From: Lingula anatina | Lineage: Eukaryota > Animalia > Brachiopoda | Direction: 5' to 3' | Assembly: GCA_051362555.1 (NCBI GenBank) | Contig: CM120646.1 | Coordinates: forward strand, 21,204,001-21,268,000 | DNA: 64,000 nt | Shown here: piece by piece, positions 24,956 through 38,400 of the stretch | Numbering within the stretch: the stretch's first letter is position 1 | Layout: each line of letters opens with the position of its first letter | The notes under the pieces: generated by a model | What the model saw: only the letters and a program-made list of their open reading frames with translations | What the model was told of the DNA's origin: nothing | The model's database searches: none | Translations under genes and position numbers: made by a program

Positions 24956-25539
24956 TAAAACTGGATTTTCATGTCATGTTTTTTACAGATGAGAAACAAT
25001 TTTTTTTTGTTCGTTGGCATAATAATCAATTATTTGGATTTCCTGGAGAAAGTGCCTTACTTTTACATTTGCTTTTGTTGGTGCAAATAAATCTGTAAAA
25101 TCTTGAAATGTTTCCTTTTAATCTGCATTACCAATAGATAAATGAAAGACACCGTAAAATTAAAAATAACAAGTTTATTAATTTAACATGAAGCAATAAC
25201 ATTTGTACAACACAATTATGTAACTTTGTGACAGAGATAGAAGTGAACTTATTATAATGAAGGCAGCATGATTTTTTTTCACAACTTATTTTTAATTAGA
25301 AACAGTATAGTGCGAGTTAAAATTTGATACTACAAATGTCATATTTCTCCTTCCAAATAGGCTTTATTCTGAAGATGTTCTTTTTATATCACAAAGTTGA
25401 TAAATTAAATGCTAAAATTAAACCATACAAAATGTATTTAATAATATACTTATTAAGTCAATTTAAATGATTTTTACTAAGTCTTCTTAAATGAATCTTA
25501 ATATTTGTATAAATTAATAAATAGAGTTGATATAAAAGC

Positions 25540-26245
25540 ATAGTGAGTCAGTGGCATCACTGCCCCTAGTGTTCTGTATGCTTAAGCTTTGACTGGCACA
25601 TAAACATACAGTATTTTAAAACAAGCTAGTAATTTCAAGTTTCTAGGTGACTTCTTTAAGTTTTTAATCGTATTCTTCCAATCTAAACAAAGAAGTGACA
25701 TTTCTCATTTAACAATTTTTATATATGTCAATGAACATCTGGGTACATATCAAAAAACCGGTTCTTTGTGGACACGCCCCCTTCTGTTCTTTATACAACT
25801 TACGCAACTTATCCATGCGAAAAACAAATAAAAATAAAGATACCACGTACATATCTTCTCCAAATGACTTGCTCTTTTGGAGAATCACAAATTTGGAAGA
25901 GGTTTCCCTTTCAAATGTCGAAATTGATGCAGTTACGGACTGCTATGCTTTTCATCTCCATTGATCACAATTTCGCGGGGATTATAGCGTCATTAGCGAT
26001 GACCTATTTATATACGACCTTCACATTAACGGCCATCTTGTGACGTCATGCCGACTGTAAGAATACGCATTTGTTTGCTTGTTGTCGTCCATAATTTAAA
26101 AGTAAAATATGCGGGGGAAAATGCCAGTTCTTTTATACGTTTGACACTCAGTTATCAGCGCATTGAGAATAACGGATGCAAGGATTTTTAAAGGTGGAAT
26201 TTTTTATGGGAATTTAACGCTTTCCCCACCCGGATGTACAGGTAA
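25540..26245 (+). promoter_or_regulatory. Putative promoter region of gene C (equivalent for D at about 43385-44080)
   Basis: CpG-richer tract with perfect CRE TGACGTCA (26041-26048; D 43879-43886), adjacent GCCATCTT (YY1-like), CACGCCCC box near 25773, AP-1 TGAGTCA at 25544, and candidate first donor acag|gtaaag near 26241. Confidence 0.45.
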
Positions 26246-26437
26246 AGGGTCATGCGAATGCGAGGCATTGTCACCGATTCAAGGTGTGTTTATAAATAAT
26301 GACATGTTGCATACTGTACATAATATCCGGGATGCCTTTGAGCAAACCATACTACAAAAGGGGGCTGATTAGGGACACGTACATCTATCCTAACTGCTTG
26401 GTGACTGTCAGATACTCGTACCGTGTACTCTGGTATA

Positions 26438-26865
26438 CGGGTGTGACTGAAATGCGCAATACACTGCAATACAGCGCAACACAGTGCAATACACTTGATA
26501 ACACAAGTCCAGTTGCAAGTAAACACAGGAAAGGGTAATCTCAAATAAAATAGGGCGATATAAAAGCAAAATATAGTACAAAGTAATTAATATTGCTGAT
26601 ACAACTTTGCAATTTTTTCATTGTTTGGTCAGGCGCCAAGAAAAGCCACTCACCAACATGGCTGCCAACCGTACAATATAAAAGTCTTGCTGATTTGTTA
26701 AGTTATATCAACGATATTACCTACCTAGTAATAAAGGTTGTTTTTATACCATCCTGCTTTGCTGGGAATGGTCATTTCTTTTGTGTAATTGCAACTGGAT
26801 TTGATTTTGAAGTGTATTGCACTGTGTTGCGCTGTATTGCGTATTTCAGTCACACCGTGCATGGG
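26438..26865. mobile_element. MITE with long terminal inverted repeats upstream of the gene C start codon
   Basis: Arms GTGTGACTGAAAT(G/A)CGCAATAC..AGCGCAACACAGTGCAATACACTT..TCCAGTTGCAA inverted at both ends. Inserted at ggTATATg; B has the empty site at about 8931. Confidence 0.88.
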
Positions 26866-27148
26866 TATATGCATGGAGTTTGCCTAAAATTGAGACTTAA
26901 AAGCTGGAATTAAGACAAATCTAACATTAAGTTATCATTTATGAGAGCTGGCACTGTAGCTGGCTTTGTTTACTCATTGGGTAATTCATGAACTTATAAT
27001 GTCTCTTTATGCATAAAATTTTATGAATAGGATTAATTTTAAATATGAAATAAATCAAATCAAAATCAAATCCAATAATTTTGTTGTTTCAGTTAACATC
27101 AAACAAGTTTCAGAAGACAACACAAGACATCACATAAAAAAAAAGAGT

Positions 27149-27375
27149 ATGTCTGGAGGAATGTTCCATATACTGACAATAACCATATGGGCCATATTAA
27201 CTGTGTCAAGTGGAGCCACATTAATTGATGGTGGGATATTAGGACAGGTGTTAAGGGAAATAGCTAATGATGCACTGGGGGTAGAAGAAATGCAGGTGAG
27301 ACATTCTGTGGTTACTTTGGTTTTATATATTTTTAACAGAAATGATGGTACCATCCTAAGGCAATGGAAGTGGGT

Positions 27376-27406
<31 letters not shown>

Positions 27407-30400
27407 GGCAAGTATATCTCCTGAATAGAGGCTATTCACCTGGATAGCCTCATTCCTTGATGAAGCTGCTGAGACTGTTAGACATCAAAATATTGGAAGT
27501 AAATTATGTCAATATTAAACTGTTGATTAAAGAAAAATACATTACGGACTGTATTTTGCAATATTTAGGCCACCAGCCTATACATAGCAATTTTCAATAA
27601 CAGTAACAGGAGCTACATGTATTCCATCAGTACCCTGAGAGTTTGATTATTCATGCTTCTTTTCCAAGAATTGATAAATTAAAAGATAAGAAGTGGACGT
27701 ATGTAATTTAGGTTAATGTAGGTGTGAGTCATCTGATGTGGTTACTGAATGATAATATGAAGCATATATTTACATGTATTATGTTTAAAAAGACAAACAG
27801 TTGGGCTTAGTGGCTGTACAAAACTGCCTAAAAAAGCAAATGGAAATAATTAAATCTGACAATTAAAATGATGTGTAAAAGACATATAAACTTTAAATTT
27901 TGCCCTGAAAAACAGATTTTATAACATATATAATTTTATAACATTATTTTATATTATTACAAAGAAGCCAAAAATTGATTATTGTTGCCTAAAATTTGAT
28001 AATTGATGCTAGAAGAGTGTAGATAATGTGTGTTTTAAAATTTAATTAAATAAATTTTCACTTTAAAACTTAAAATATTGTTCAATAGCTTAAATAAGAA
28101 AGTGGGCACAATCAATTAAATGTAAACATTTTTCAGAATAAATATGCGAAATAATTTTCTGCTTGTTATATATATATGGACAAAAATTTAGGCAACAGTA
28201 AATAATCAGGGAGATAATTCTAAAAAATGTACAAATTAGATTTTAAATGATCACATAGAATGTTTTTATGTTATTATTTTGATTAAAATCTTTTACTTTT
28301 CAGGCAGAATATGACAAAGTGTCATATAGAGAAGATGCTATTGATGGCCCAGGGAATATTAGAGAAGTAAATATTTGGGAGTTGTTTGGTACACAGTACC
28401 ACTTGGTCAGAACTCTTTTAATTTTTTTAAAATAAAAATTTGCCATTTGAAGACCTGTTGACCAAAAAAAAGCCGACAAAGTTTTCATATAAATTGTATA
28501 GTTACACAAATCACCAATCCTGATAATTCAGTCTCTGTCAGTAAATTGTAACCACCATCATGCCCATGGCAACGTTACTTCAAATTATGCCTTGGAATCT
28601 CATTACACCAATCCTCATATAAATGTTTTCCATGTATTGAAATTTTATTCAGCTTGCCAATTCACTGAGAACCAAGTTCCAAGGTCCGATCTCTGCACTG
28701 ACCAAGATCAAAGATGCCATTGAAGATGACTACGCCAGCTTCTCCAGTGTCAGATCTATGACACAGTGCTGCCAAGTGGTGGAAGCTACTTATGACAAGA
28801 GGTTTAGTCAGGAGGTTTGTGATGTACACATACATATGCAAACATGGGCATATACACATACATATGCAAACATTGGCATATACACATATGCAAGGTCAGA
28901 TATTCACATGCACAAGTACATACACATACCAAGTGCATACTATTCACTGATGCACAAAACATGGGTACGCATGTATGCTGTGCATGCATGCTCATTTATT
29001 TTCATTCAATATAAAGGGTGTATGAAGACAACTCGTGCTATACATATGTATATGTAGATGTGCACATGTGCATGCACACTTGCAGTAGTTAAGTAGCTGT
29101 GAGGGACAGACTATGCAGGTGTTTACACAGATAGTTCTGTTGTCACAATTCGATAATAGTAAATAGTAAAAACTTAACAGGTTTTATTTTCTGTTGCAAA
29201 TTTAGATGTAATTTTTCATGGGCATTTGAATAAAATACTGTGTTATTACCAACAATGAGAGGAATATTTTCTTAAATACCAATTTTTAATGTGATATTGC
29301 CACTGAGTGAATCTAAGTCATTTTTCCAGTATTTGAAATATTTTTTTCAAAAATTGACAGGTCAACTTTGACAAGGCCTGTGTTACAATAGCAGGCCAGA
29401 GTTCAGTGAATAAAAAATTCCCCACGGCAAGGGTTGTTGAAGTGATGAAGGAAAACGTCCGCATCAATCCAAATCTGAAGTGGCAGTACTTTGGAGGAGA
29501 AGATGGTATACTTCTCAATTATCCTGCAGTGAAACCCACAGGTGTGCCTGACTGTGATAGTTATGATCCAAGGTTCAGGTAAGTAACTTAATGTCTGACC
29601 TAAAATTTCAGGTTGTTGAGGACAATTTGCATGTGAAATAAGTTAGTTTTCTGATTTACAGCATTTAATTAATATCACTTAAACATGTTATGTTTATAAC
29701 TTTTACAATGGAAAATGTAAAACATCAGAATCTTCCACTTGCATTTGCAAAGGCAAAAGATATAGAGATGAATTTTTGATGGGCCATCATGATCATGGAC
29801 AGGTTCAAAAATCATTTTTAAAATTTAATAATGTCTTTGTATGCTGTGTTTTAATGCCTGAGTAAAGTGAAATTGGCATTAAGGAAAATAAAAGAGAATA
29901 TTATCTAGGGGTATTCTGAATGCATCTCATAGAGCTTTATTGCTCCCATTGTCTCAAGTTGATGATTTGAAAAAAAACAGTGCTTTTACAAAATATATAA
30001 TAATGTCAAATTATGCAAAATTTTGCGACCTTTTGTATAATTTTGTATTTTTTTATTATTTGTTTGGAAAGGTATATACAAACTAGGTATTTAGACAAAA
30101 ATACAAAGAGACTCTATATTTTACAGTGTTAGAAATTAAAAGTTTATGATTTCAGGCCATTCTATGTGTCTGCAGCCACTCCAGTTCCCAAAGACATTGT
30201 GGTTGTCATAGATACATCAGGATCCATGACAACATATCACAACAGCAAGACACTGCTCCAGATTGCCAAAGATGCAGCAAGAACAGTTGTGGAAACCTTG
30301 AGTGCAAATGACAGGGTGTGTTAGACAAGTTTTCATTTAATCTTTTTAATTGATAATTGTACCACCAGCGTTAGCGCTGGCGGTACACATGGTTTTAGTC

Positions 30401-33400
30401 CCGTCCGGATCGTTCCGCCGGCTCCTAGACGGTAAGGGCCTCCGTACCCATCTCTTGGATTTAGGTCACCTATAATCTCTACTCGTTCCACGTAAAATTT
30501 GGGCTTTGTCGGTATTGGGGTCTAGGTGTGGCACTCATTGCAATGCACCCTTGTCCAAAAATGGCAAAATTAAATGCTAATTATCTACCCTACGGAAGGA
30601 ATTATGGGAAAAATTTCTACAGACGGCTTTCCAAAAGTCACATGTGTAGATTTCAAATATGCCCTTGGATTTGACCTTTGACTTTTATTTCAAGGTTAAA
30701 CGGGCCAACATTTTCAAAAAAAACGAATTTTTTTACGAAAAAAAAAATTATTTGCCCTGTTATTCAGACACCACATTATGCTATGACTCATATCATCTTT
30801 TTGCAGGTTGGACTTGTGTCGTTTTCCTCCGCTGCGTCCACGCCAGTGCTGTCAGAGAGCACCTGTTATACCACGTCTCTAGCTGCTGCCACGCCACAAA
30901 ATGCCAAGAACTTGAAAAAATACATCGATAGTCTGAGGGCAGGTGGAGCAACTAACTACCAAGCCGCTATGGAAAAAGCGTTCTCGTTATTCAATAGTTC
31001 TGAGAATTCCTTTAAAGGTGAAAAAAGAAGTAGGTTCAATCATTCAATCTTCCATTCATCTCTGCCTGTCCTGCCCACGCTAGCGAGTGGCATTCACAGA
31101 CTACTCCACGCTTGATGATTTTGTGCCACTTGTCTCAGCCTTCTGCTTGGTGCCATCTTTTGAGCTTTGCTTCGGTATTTCATTACTCTTTGCCTTCTGG
31201 CAATGCATGATTTTTGTTAGGCTACATTAATGTTTTTTTTTAGTTTCTGACTGCATATTATGATGTGTTGTTACACAGAATTACTTTTTTTTTTTACAAA
31301 ATTTACAATGTTTTGTTAAATATTAAAATTTTAAGCTAGATGAAAGAATTTTTTTATTTAAATTCTGTGTTGCAAAGTATAGTTTAACTGATGCTGTCAC
31401 ATGTTTTCTGTGTAAATAGAGTGCAGTATATTTGAAAATCCACAGTGATAAATTTCAAGAGTAGTGCTTTCATCTCATATTCATATTTGTGTTTCATTAT
31501 TATGTATTTTTTTTATCAATTTATTCAAATTTTAACATAGTTTTTACATGGCGTGATGTTTATTCAAATTCAAATCTCAAATATTTCCTACCAAGTATCC
31601 AGCCTTTTACCTCTGAGTCATTAATTTCAGATAAAGTGATATTATTCCTAACTGATGGTAAAAGAACACAGGGCGGAAATCCTCTGGAGACCATACGGGA
31701 TCAAAATGCCATCCTTGGCAACCAAGTCCTCATCTTAACATTTGGTCTCGGCCAGTGTAAGTCTGCATTTTAAATTATATTGATAATAATAATAATTGTT
31801 TAATAATTATATCACTCTGTAAATTATCATCCACAAATACCAGACTGAGCACTACCATGATATGGTGAAAGGTTGGGATTAATCAGGGGACAACAGAAAC
31901 CATTAATTTGTTTAAATTTATGTTTTTTTGATAAGATGGTGGAGACACTAAGACCCCATTTCCATAGATTTTAGATCGATCTTTCCCTGTGGGGAGTCTC
32001 ACTAGAAGTGAAAAATATTTTGAAATCACCTTTTTTTAGTGGATTTAATAAAAGTGAAAGTTACAATAATGCAACTGAGTTATATTTCAGCCAATTTTAA
32101 GTCAATCATTGGCTAGCCATGCACTCAACATTCTATTTCAATTTTAGCCCTGGAGGAAAGTTCTCTCGCTGAATTGAGGAACATGGCTGCCCAGACTTTA
32201 AGCAATCAATTTTATGGGGAAATTACAGTGAGGCTTTCAAAACTTTCATAATTGCTTTTTTTCATTGATTTAAAATTATGCTACTTTAAAGGAGAGATGA
32301 TGATTTTCTATTAATGCTATAAATGGTAATTGGTTGAATTACTTAAAAATTACATAAAGGATTTCTTTTTATCACTTTTCTCACGTTTGAAAAAATAATT
32401 GTTTTGTATATCAGGTGTGTGACTTTTGCATATCTTGATAATTGCTTTTGAGGGGGCTAGAAAAATTATAGAGTTAAACAATAAAAGGGAATGAAATATT
32501 TACTTAGAAATTTACCAGAAATTTTTACAAACTCCTTGCAGGCTGGCACCTTCACTCATGTTACGGACCCAAATCGTCTTCGTTCTGCCATGGCGTCTTA
32601 CTACGACATCTTCAGCTCTACTGGCAGTCCCATTATAGACCCCCAGTTCTCTGTACCATATATAGACTTATTTGGGACAGGTAAGGCTGAACTTAATCAT
32701 ACCACCACCCAAGTGAATTGCTAAACTAAACTTCTTAATATCCATGCTTATGAAACTGCACTGATTGACCCTAAAATCAGATCAGCTCAGTTAGAGAAAT
32801 ATGATTCATGCAACCTAAAACTATAATGTGATGCTTAATGATGTGAGGCCTTTAGCTACAGAACATAATAAGATACAAATATTTTAATGAAAAGTGGAAT
32901 TACAAAATAATAAATATTTTGAAATGCTAATAGAACTTAGAATTACTTAAACATATTTATAAGGTCAGAAGCAGGTAATTTGATGAATATAATTTATATA
33001 TTAATGTTTTTCTATAAATTGCTTCCTATTTAAAATCATTGTTGTTCTTATATATATAAATTTCAGGTCTCATCACATCAGTCTGCTTGCCTGCATACCA
33101 CAGTGGCCGACTAATTGGTGTAGCTTGCTCTGATGTTGCCATGAGTGAACTCCTCTCTGAAGCCACCTACTTTGACAAGGGTGAACTGAGCTATGCCTTT
33201 GTTATCAATGGCTATGGCAGGACATATTCCCACCCTCTGCTGCCAAGACCCTATGATGTCACAGATGATCCCATCTTTGTGGATATTCATCACTTAGAGA
33301 GGGCACCTGCTGCGAAAGCAGTGATTAGCTCCATGATCAGGTTAGTAGTAGACATTTTTATTATTTCATGGACAAAACACAAAGATGTTTCCATTTTGAT

Positions 33401-35392
33401 AAAGTACCATTTTCTATTGAAAGGAAAATTTAACAAATTTTTTCACATACGTCTCACAGACATAAGTTTTGTTGACATATTCGTAAAGCTTCGATCAAAA
33501 TAACAACAATTCAAGGATGAATTACATATTTTATTCCTTGTGATATTTTTATCATCAGCTGCTGTTATTAAAAAAGTACTGATGTGAGAGAGCCTTCTTG
33601 AAACAATTATTTTTCTTCTCAGAGGCGAGGAGGGTAACAGCAGCTTTGTTTCCACCAGAACACAGGCCAGAGGAGATGTGTTCAGAGAAGGTGTCAGCTT
33701 AACAAATGTCATGTCACATTACTACTGGGCACCAGTAAGACTTCTGCTTCAAATAAAGACTAATTTCTGATTATAAATAATTTGAAGTGACTTGGAAAGA
33801 TACATTTGAGCACTTGTGATATGGAGATATGAATTCAAGAGATGTGGATAATTATAGTATCAGTTGTGCTTCATTTTATTTATTTTTGCTTTCTAAGAAA
33901 GAAGTAAAAGTTAAAATGTGCATCTTCCGTAAAATCTGACTAAATGGTTACATGATTTTTTTTTATTTTAGACTGGCCCCATCATTATATCATTTGTTAT
34001 TTTTTAAATTTTTTATTTTTGTCACGAATTCACTCCTGATCACAAAAACTACAGCTGTAACAATGACAATATATCACAACACCATGGAAATAACTCTTTT
34101 ATCCCAAATAAGTAGCACTACAAGATAGGACCAACTCACGTTTTTTCAGATTCCTGGGAGTAATATCTCGGTATGTCTAGTCATAGGAGAGGGTGACAAA
34201 TTCAGCATGCCGTCACCTCAGACTGCAACGTCGGCCATGTTTAACTACCACAGATATGACCTCAAACCTCCATCAAGTCCATGCAAGCACTTTTCTCGAT
34301 ATGCATCGAAAGGTTCGTACTCTTTATAGTAACATATGCTAGAGCTTTAACATGTGTGGTATGCTGTGATAAGCCACATGGTTTTTTGAATGAAAATGAT
34401 TCAGGAAATTCATATCATAGTCATGAAATTTACATTTTTCAGTGGAAAATCTCTCTTTAATTCCATCAAAATATAACACAAAATGATGTTCTACAAAATG
34501 GTAGTAATAACAATGCAGAGTAGAAATACGTACTAGATGATATTTGTTTGATTTTCAATTATTGTCCATATTACAGACTCTAGTGCAGTGATGCTCACCC
34601 CAGGGGCCTTCAGGCAGCCATATCACTATCTTAACACTGAGGAAACAGCCACCAATGTCACACAATATGAGAGATATCTCACAGGACAGAGCTCACAAAA
34701 CCCTGGCTTAAAGGTCAGTTGTGTATTTTATATAAGGGCTCCTGATATAATTCCTGCCTTAAAAAGGTGATATTTATGACAGATCTAATTGTCAATTCTA
34801 ATGCAGGACAGGTGTCTGAGGCACAGTGGGATGACTGCAGTTACGTCATAAGCCATAGGGATCATTTCCAGACCCTATCATACTAACTGTTGATCGATCT
34901 CCAAGGGGATTCTTGCTGAATTGCAATTAACTTAAGCAGCTTATATGTCTTTCACGGAAGCTGTTAAGGGGTAATTAACTATTGTGTAGCAGCTTTAGTG
35001 GGTGTGCCAGACATCTAAGCCGCTTAAGCTGAAAGCAATTTAGCGAGAAACGCCTTAGAAATGGATCGATCCTGTTAAATCAATCTAGGTATGGGAACCC
35101 AGTCATAGATACTCCTCCCTCCCTGTGATAGTTAAATCTCTGGTGTGACAGGATTCTAAATGTTCACAGGAACACATCACAGGAACACATCTGTGAGGAT
35201 GACTTGCCCTGAATTGCCCAGTAATTTAGAAGCATGGGTGATAATTAAGTCACCAGTATAAAATGAAGTTACTTTTTAGTATTATTATTATAGATTATTA
35301 CTTTCATTAACTCGTTAAAATATTTAGACATTTTGGTTCTGTTTGACATTTAGTATTTTGCTGTCTGTTTTTCTTCCAGTTACTTAAAAATG

Positions 35393-35450
<58 letters not shown>

Positions 35451-38400
35451 GAATATTACTTTCTTTAACCCATTAAAATATGGTGAGAATTTGATTCTGT
35501 TTATCATTTGTAGTATTTTGGTGTCTGTTTCTCTCCCAGACCTCCATTCTGGACAGTGTAGTGATCACATACAAAGCTGAAGAAATCTGGAAGAGGAAAC
35601 CAGCAGACTTTGTTGTGTATAGATCTATTGGGACGATGGACGGTTTAATGAGACTTCTCCCAGGGTTGCAGCTGACGAAAAATTACGACCACACCAGGAG
35701 AGCTTGGTACCTGTTTATCTTTGTCAGATTTTGTTTTGTGATTCAACTTTTACCCGAGTCTGAAGAAAAACCCAGTCTAATTATTTTTAGGCTAAGGCCA
35801 CATTCAGAACAGTGGACTAACTAGTCTGCAGGTCAAGTATGGCTTCCCTCTAAAAAACATGCCATCTAATCCACTAATAGACACTGAATAGATTCTCTTT
35901 GAAATGTTACCTCCATTTTTTAGGTTCAAGAGGACCTTAACATACAAGGGCACAAATGTGGTTTCGCCGCCATATTTGGATGTTTGGGGTTCTGGCTATG
36001 TCATAACACTCAGTCATACTTTATATGAGGGAAAGTGAGTAATATCTGTAATAATGATAATAATGAAGTGAAATTATTACATATTTATTTAGTAGTAATA
36101 TTCTAATGAAATAGAAATGCACAATGCCTTATTTTTCAAAGTAAAGAATGTAATTGTTCCCAAAGAGCCGTAACATGTTATATTACTACCAGCAAGCACA
36201 TGCATATAGGACATCATTTCACCTCTCTTGCATCAAAGTTGATAATGTGTCTAGTCCCATCAGAAACTATGTTACTTTTTTGCTTACTTTACACAAGATA
36301 GAAATATAGACCTACATGTATTTCACCATTGTGTTTTCGTGTATTATTTTGTCAGATCTGGAGGAGTGCATACACCCAATGACAAAGTGACGGCAGTTAT
36401 TTTGACGGACTTCACCATTACTTATTTCTACCAGGTGATTCAGGACAGATACGCAAACTGTAGAGATGCTGGATACAGGTAACAACCAATTACTTAAATT
36501 GTTTCATTATATGTACATTATAAAAATATTTTAATGAAATCTTTTACTTTTGAAAAACTTTGGGAATTTTTGAATTTTAACCTAGTGTTTGATGATAGAA
36601 ATATTATATTGAGAAAAAGAAAGTAATATGTTTACATACAATATTCTTTTTTGTTAATTGGTATGAATGAATATTTTTTCATGTTTTAGCTGCTTAGTGA
36701 TGGATTCCAGTGGTTTCATAGTAATGCATGATGATTTTGTAAAAGCTACAGACACGCCTGATATTGAAAATGTACACATTTTAAAAAAGGTTAGTGATGC
36801 ATACCTTGAACAGGGTGAATTACTTATTGTAAATTAGAATTCAGAATTGCGTATGCCAGTTTTCTTAGATCGGAAAAATAAGGCAGTGATTGTCTGAATT
36901 TTTTTTAATAATCAAAAGAATGAATTGCTTTTCAAATATTCAAATTGCAGTATTTAAAACCAAAAAATTTTATGCTTCTCATATTGCAAAGGATGGATTT
37001 CATTTTCAGGAACCTGTAATAGGTTCAAACCTGGTCACAAGGGGGCTGCTGTCCAAGAGAAGCTGCCTGGATTTTGAGTCAATAAAGGAACAATACTTTT
37101 GGCAGGTACCGTGTAAATGGTAGCAGTTTATGACAAATTTTTTCTTTGCATTTGTTTATTTTCAAAAGAGATCAGAATCAGTCATCCACTATGATTTGGC
37201 TTGATTAATATTTTATTCATTATGAAGGAATCTAATCTGATAGAAATTTCAGTACTGTCTCTTTAAACTGTTCTCAAAAATAAAGTTAAGAACTTTGCAT
37301 ATTTCTCAAGTAAAATTTTGATGTATTGTTGTGTTAAACCAACTTCTTTGAGTAATTTTCCAGGTAAATTTACCAAATCCTAATGGACTGGATCTTATGC
37401 AGAGCAGTCCATCATATGAAATACGACCAATTCCTAACAGCAACATTTACCTGATAATCTACAGCAAGAAAATGTCAGAAAGTATTTCTTGTTCTTGTGT
37501 AAGTCAATTATATATGACTTTGAATATTATTTTAAATATTAATAATATTGATATAATGAATTAATTGATTTATCACGTAAAGATTTTTATAAAAATGACA
37601 AACTTTTTACAAATTGTTTGATTCTTCATAAACGATTACCAGGTCTAATTATTTTGATCAAGATAAAAGAAATATTTTGCCCCTCCATCATTTTTTGAAT
37701 GTTTTTACTATCTCAACTTTCTAAGAGGTAATGAATTAATGAATTAATACAAATATGTCACCTGCTTACTTTAGTACCCAGTCACTGGTGGCTTTCTGTA
37801 AGCTGGGTTAGTGCTAACACTTGCCAATTTAGCCAAATGCTAAAACTGACTTCAATTGGCTAAACAAAAAGGGCTTGATTTGACTAATTTTATTCAAATT
37901 AAAGCCATTTGGATAACAAATTGACAAAAAAGTGGTAATTTGGCTAAGCGAAAAAAAATTGCTAGTGCTACCCCAGTGTAAGGAATGGGCCACCCAATGA
38001 TGAAAGTTGTTAGCATTATTTTTTTTTTGTCAAAATCAAAACACTGTAACTCAGGCTTACATATCTGTAATGTAATAGATATAATTATAGAATATCTTAT
38101 ACTATATAGAGATGATTATTTTCCAGCCTTTTGGTTCTGTGTCTCCATCCAAGTTTGAATGTTCTCCAAGACAAACATGCGAGTGTCCCTGTCACAGCAA
38201 GGCTGACAACTTTAACTACTGTACAAACTTTTACACCTTATTATAGTAAGTGTCCCTGTCACAGCAAGGCTGACAGCTTTAATTACTGTACAAATTTTTA
38301 CAACTTATTATAGGAAGTGGTTGTGAAACGTGGTTATCTTTATTCTTCTTAAACAAACCTTAAGGCAAAACCACAGAATACAATTTTACAATACAATACA

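Larger units (their letters stand above)
8561..26066 (+). repeat. Tandem segmental duplication unit 1 (about 17.5 kb)
   Basis: Homology to the next unit begins at gcatttgtttgc (about 8561 vs 26067 vs 43905). Upstream of this point B does not match C/D. Confidence 0.85.
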
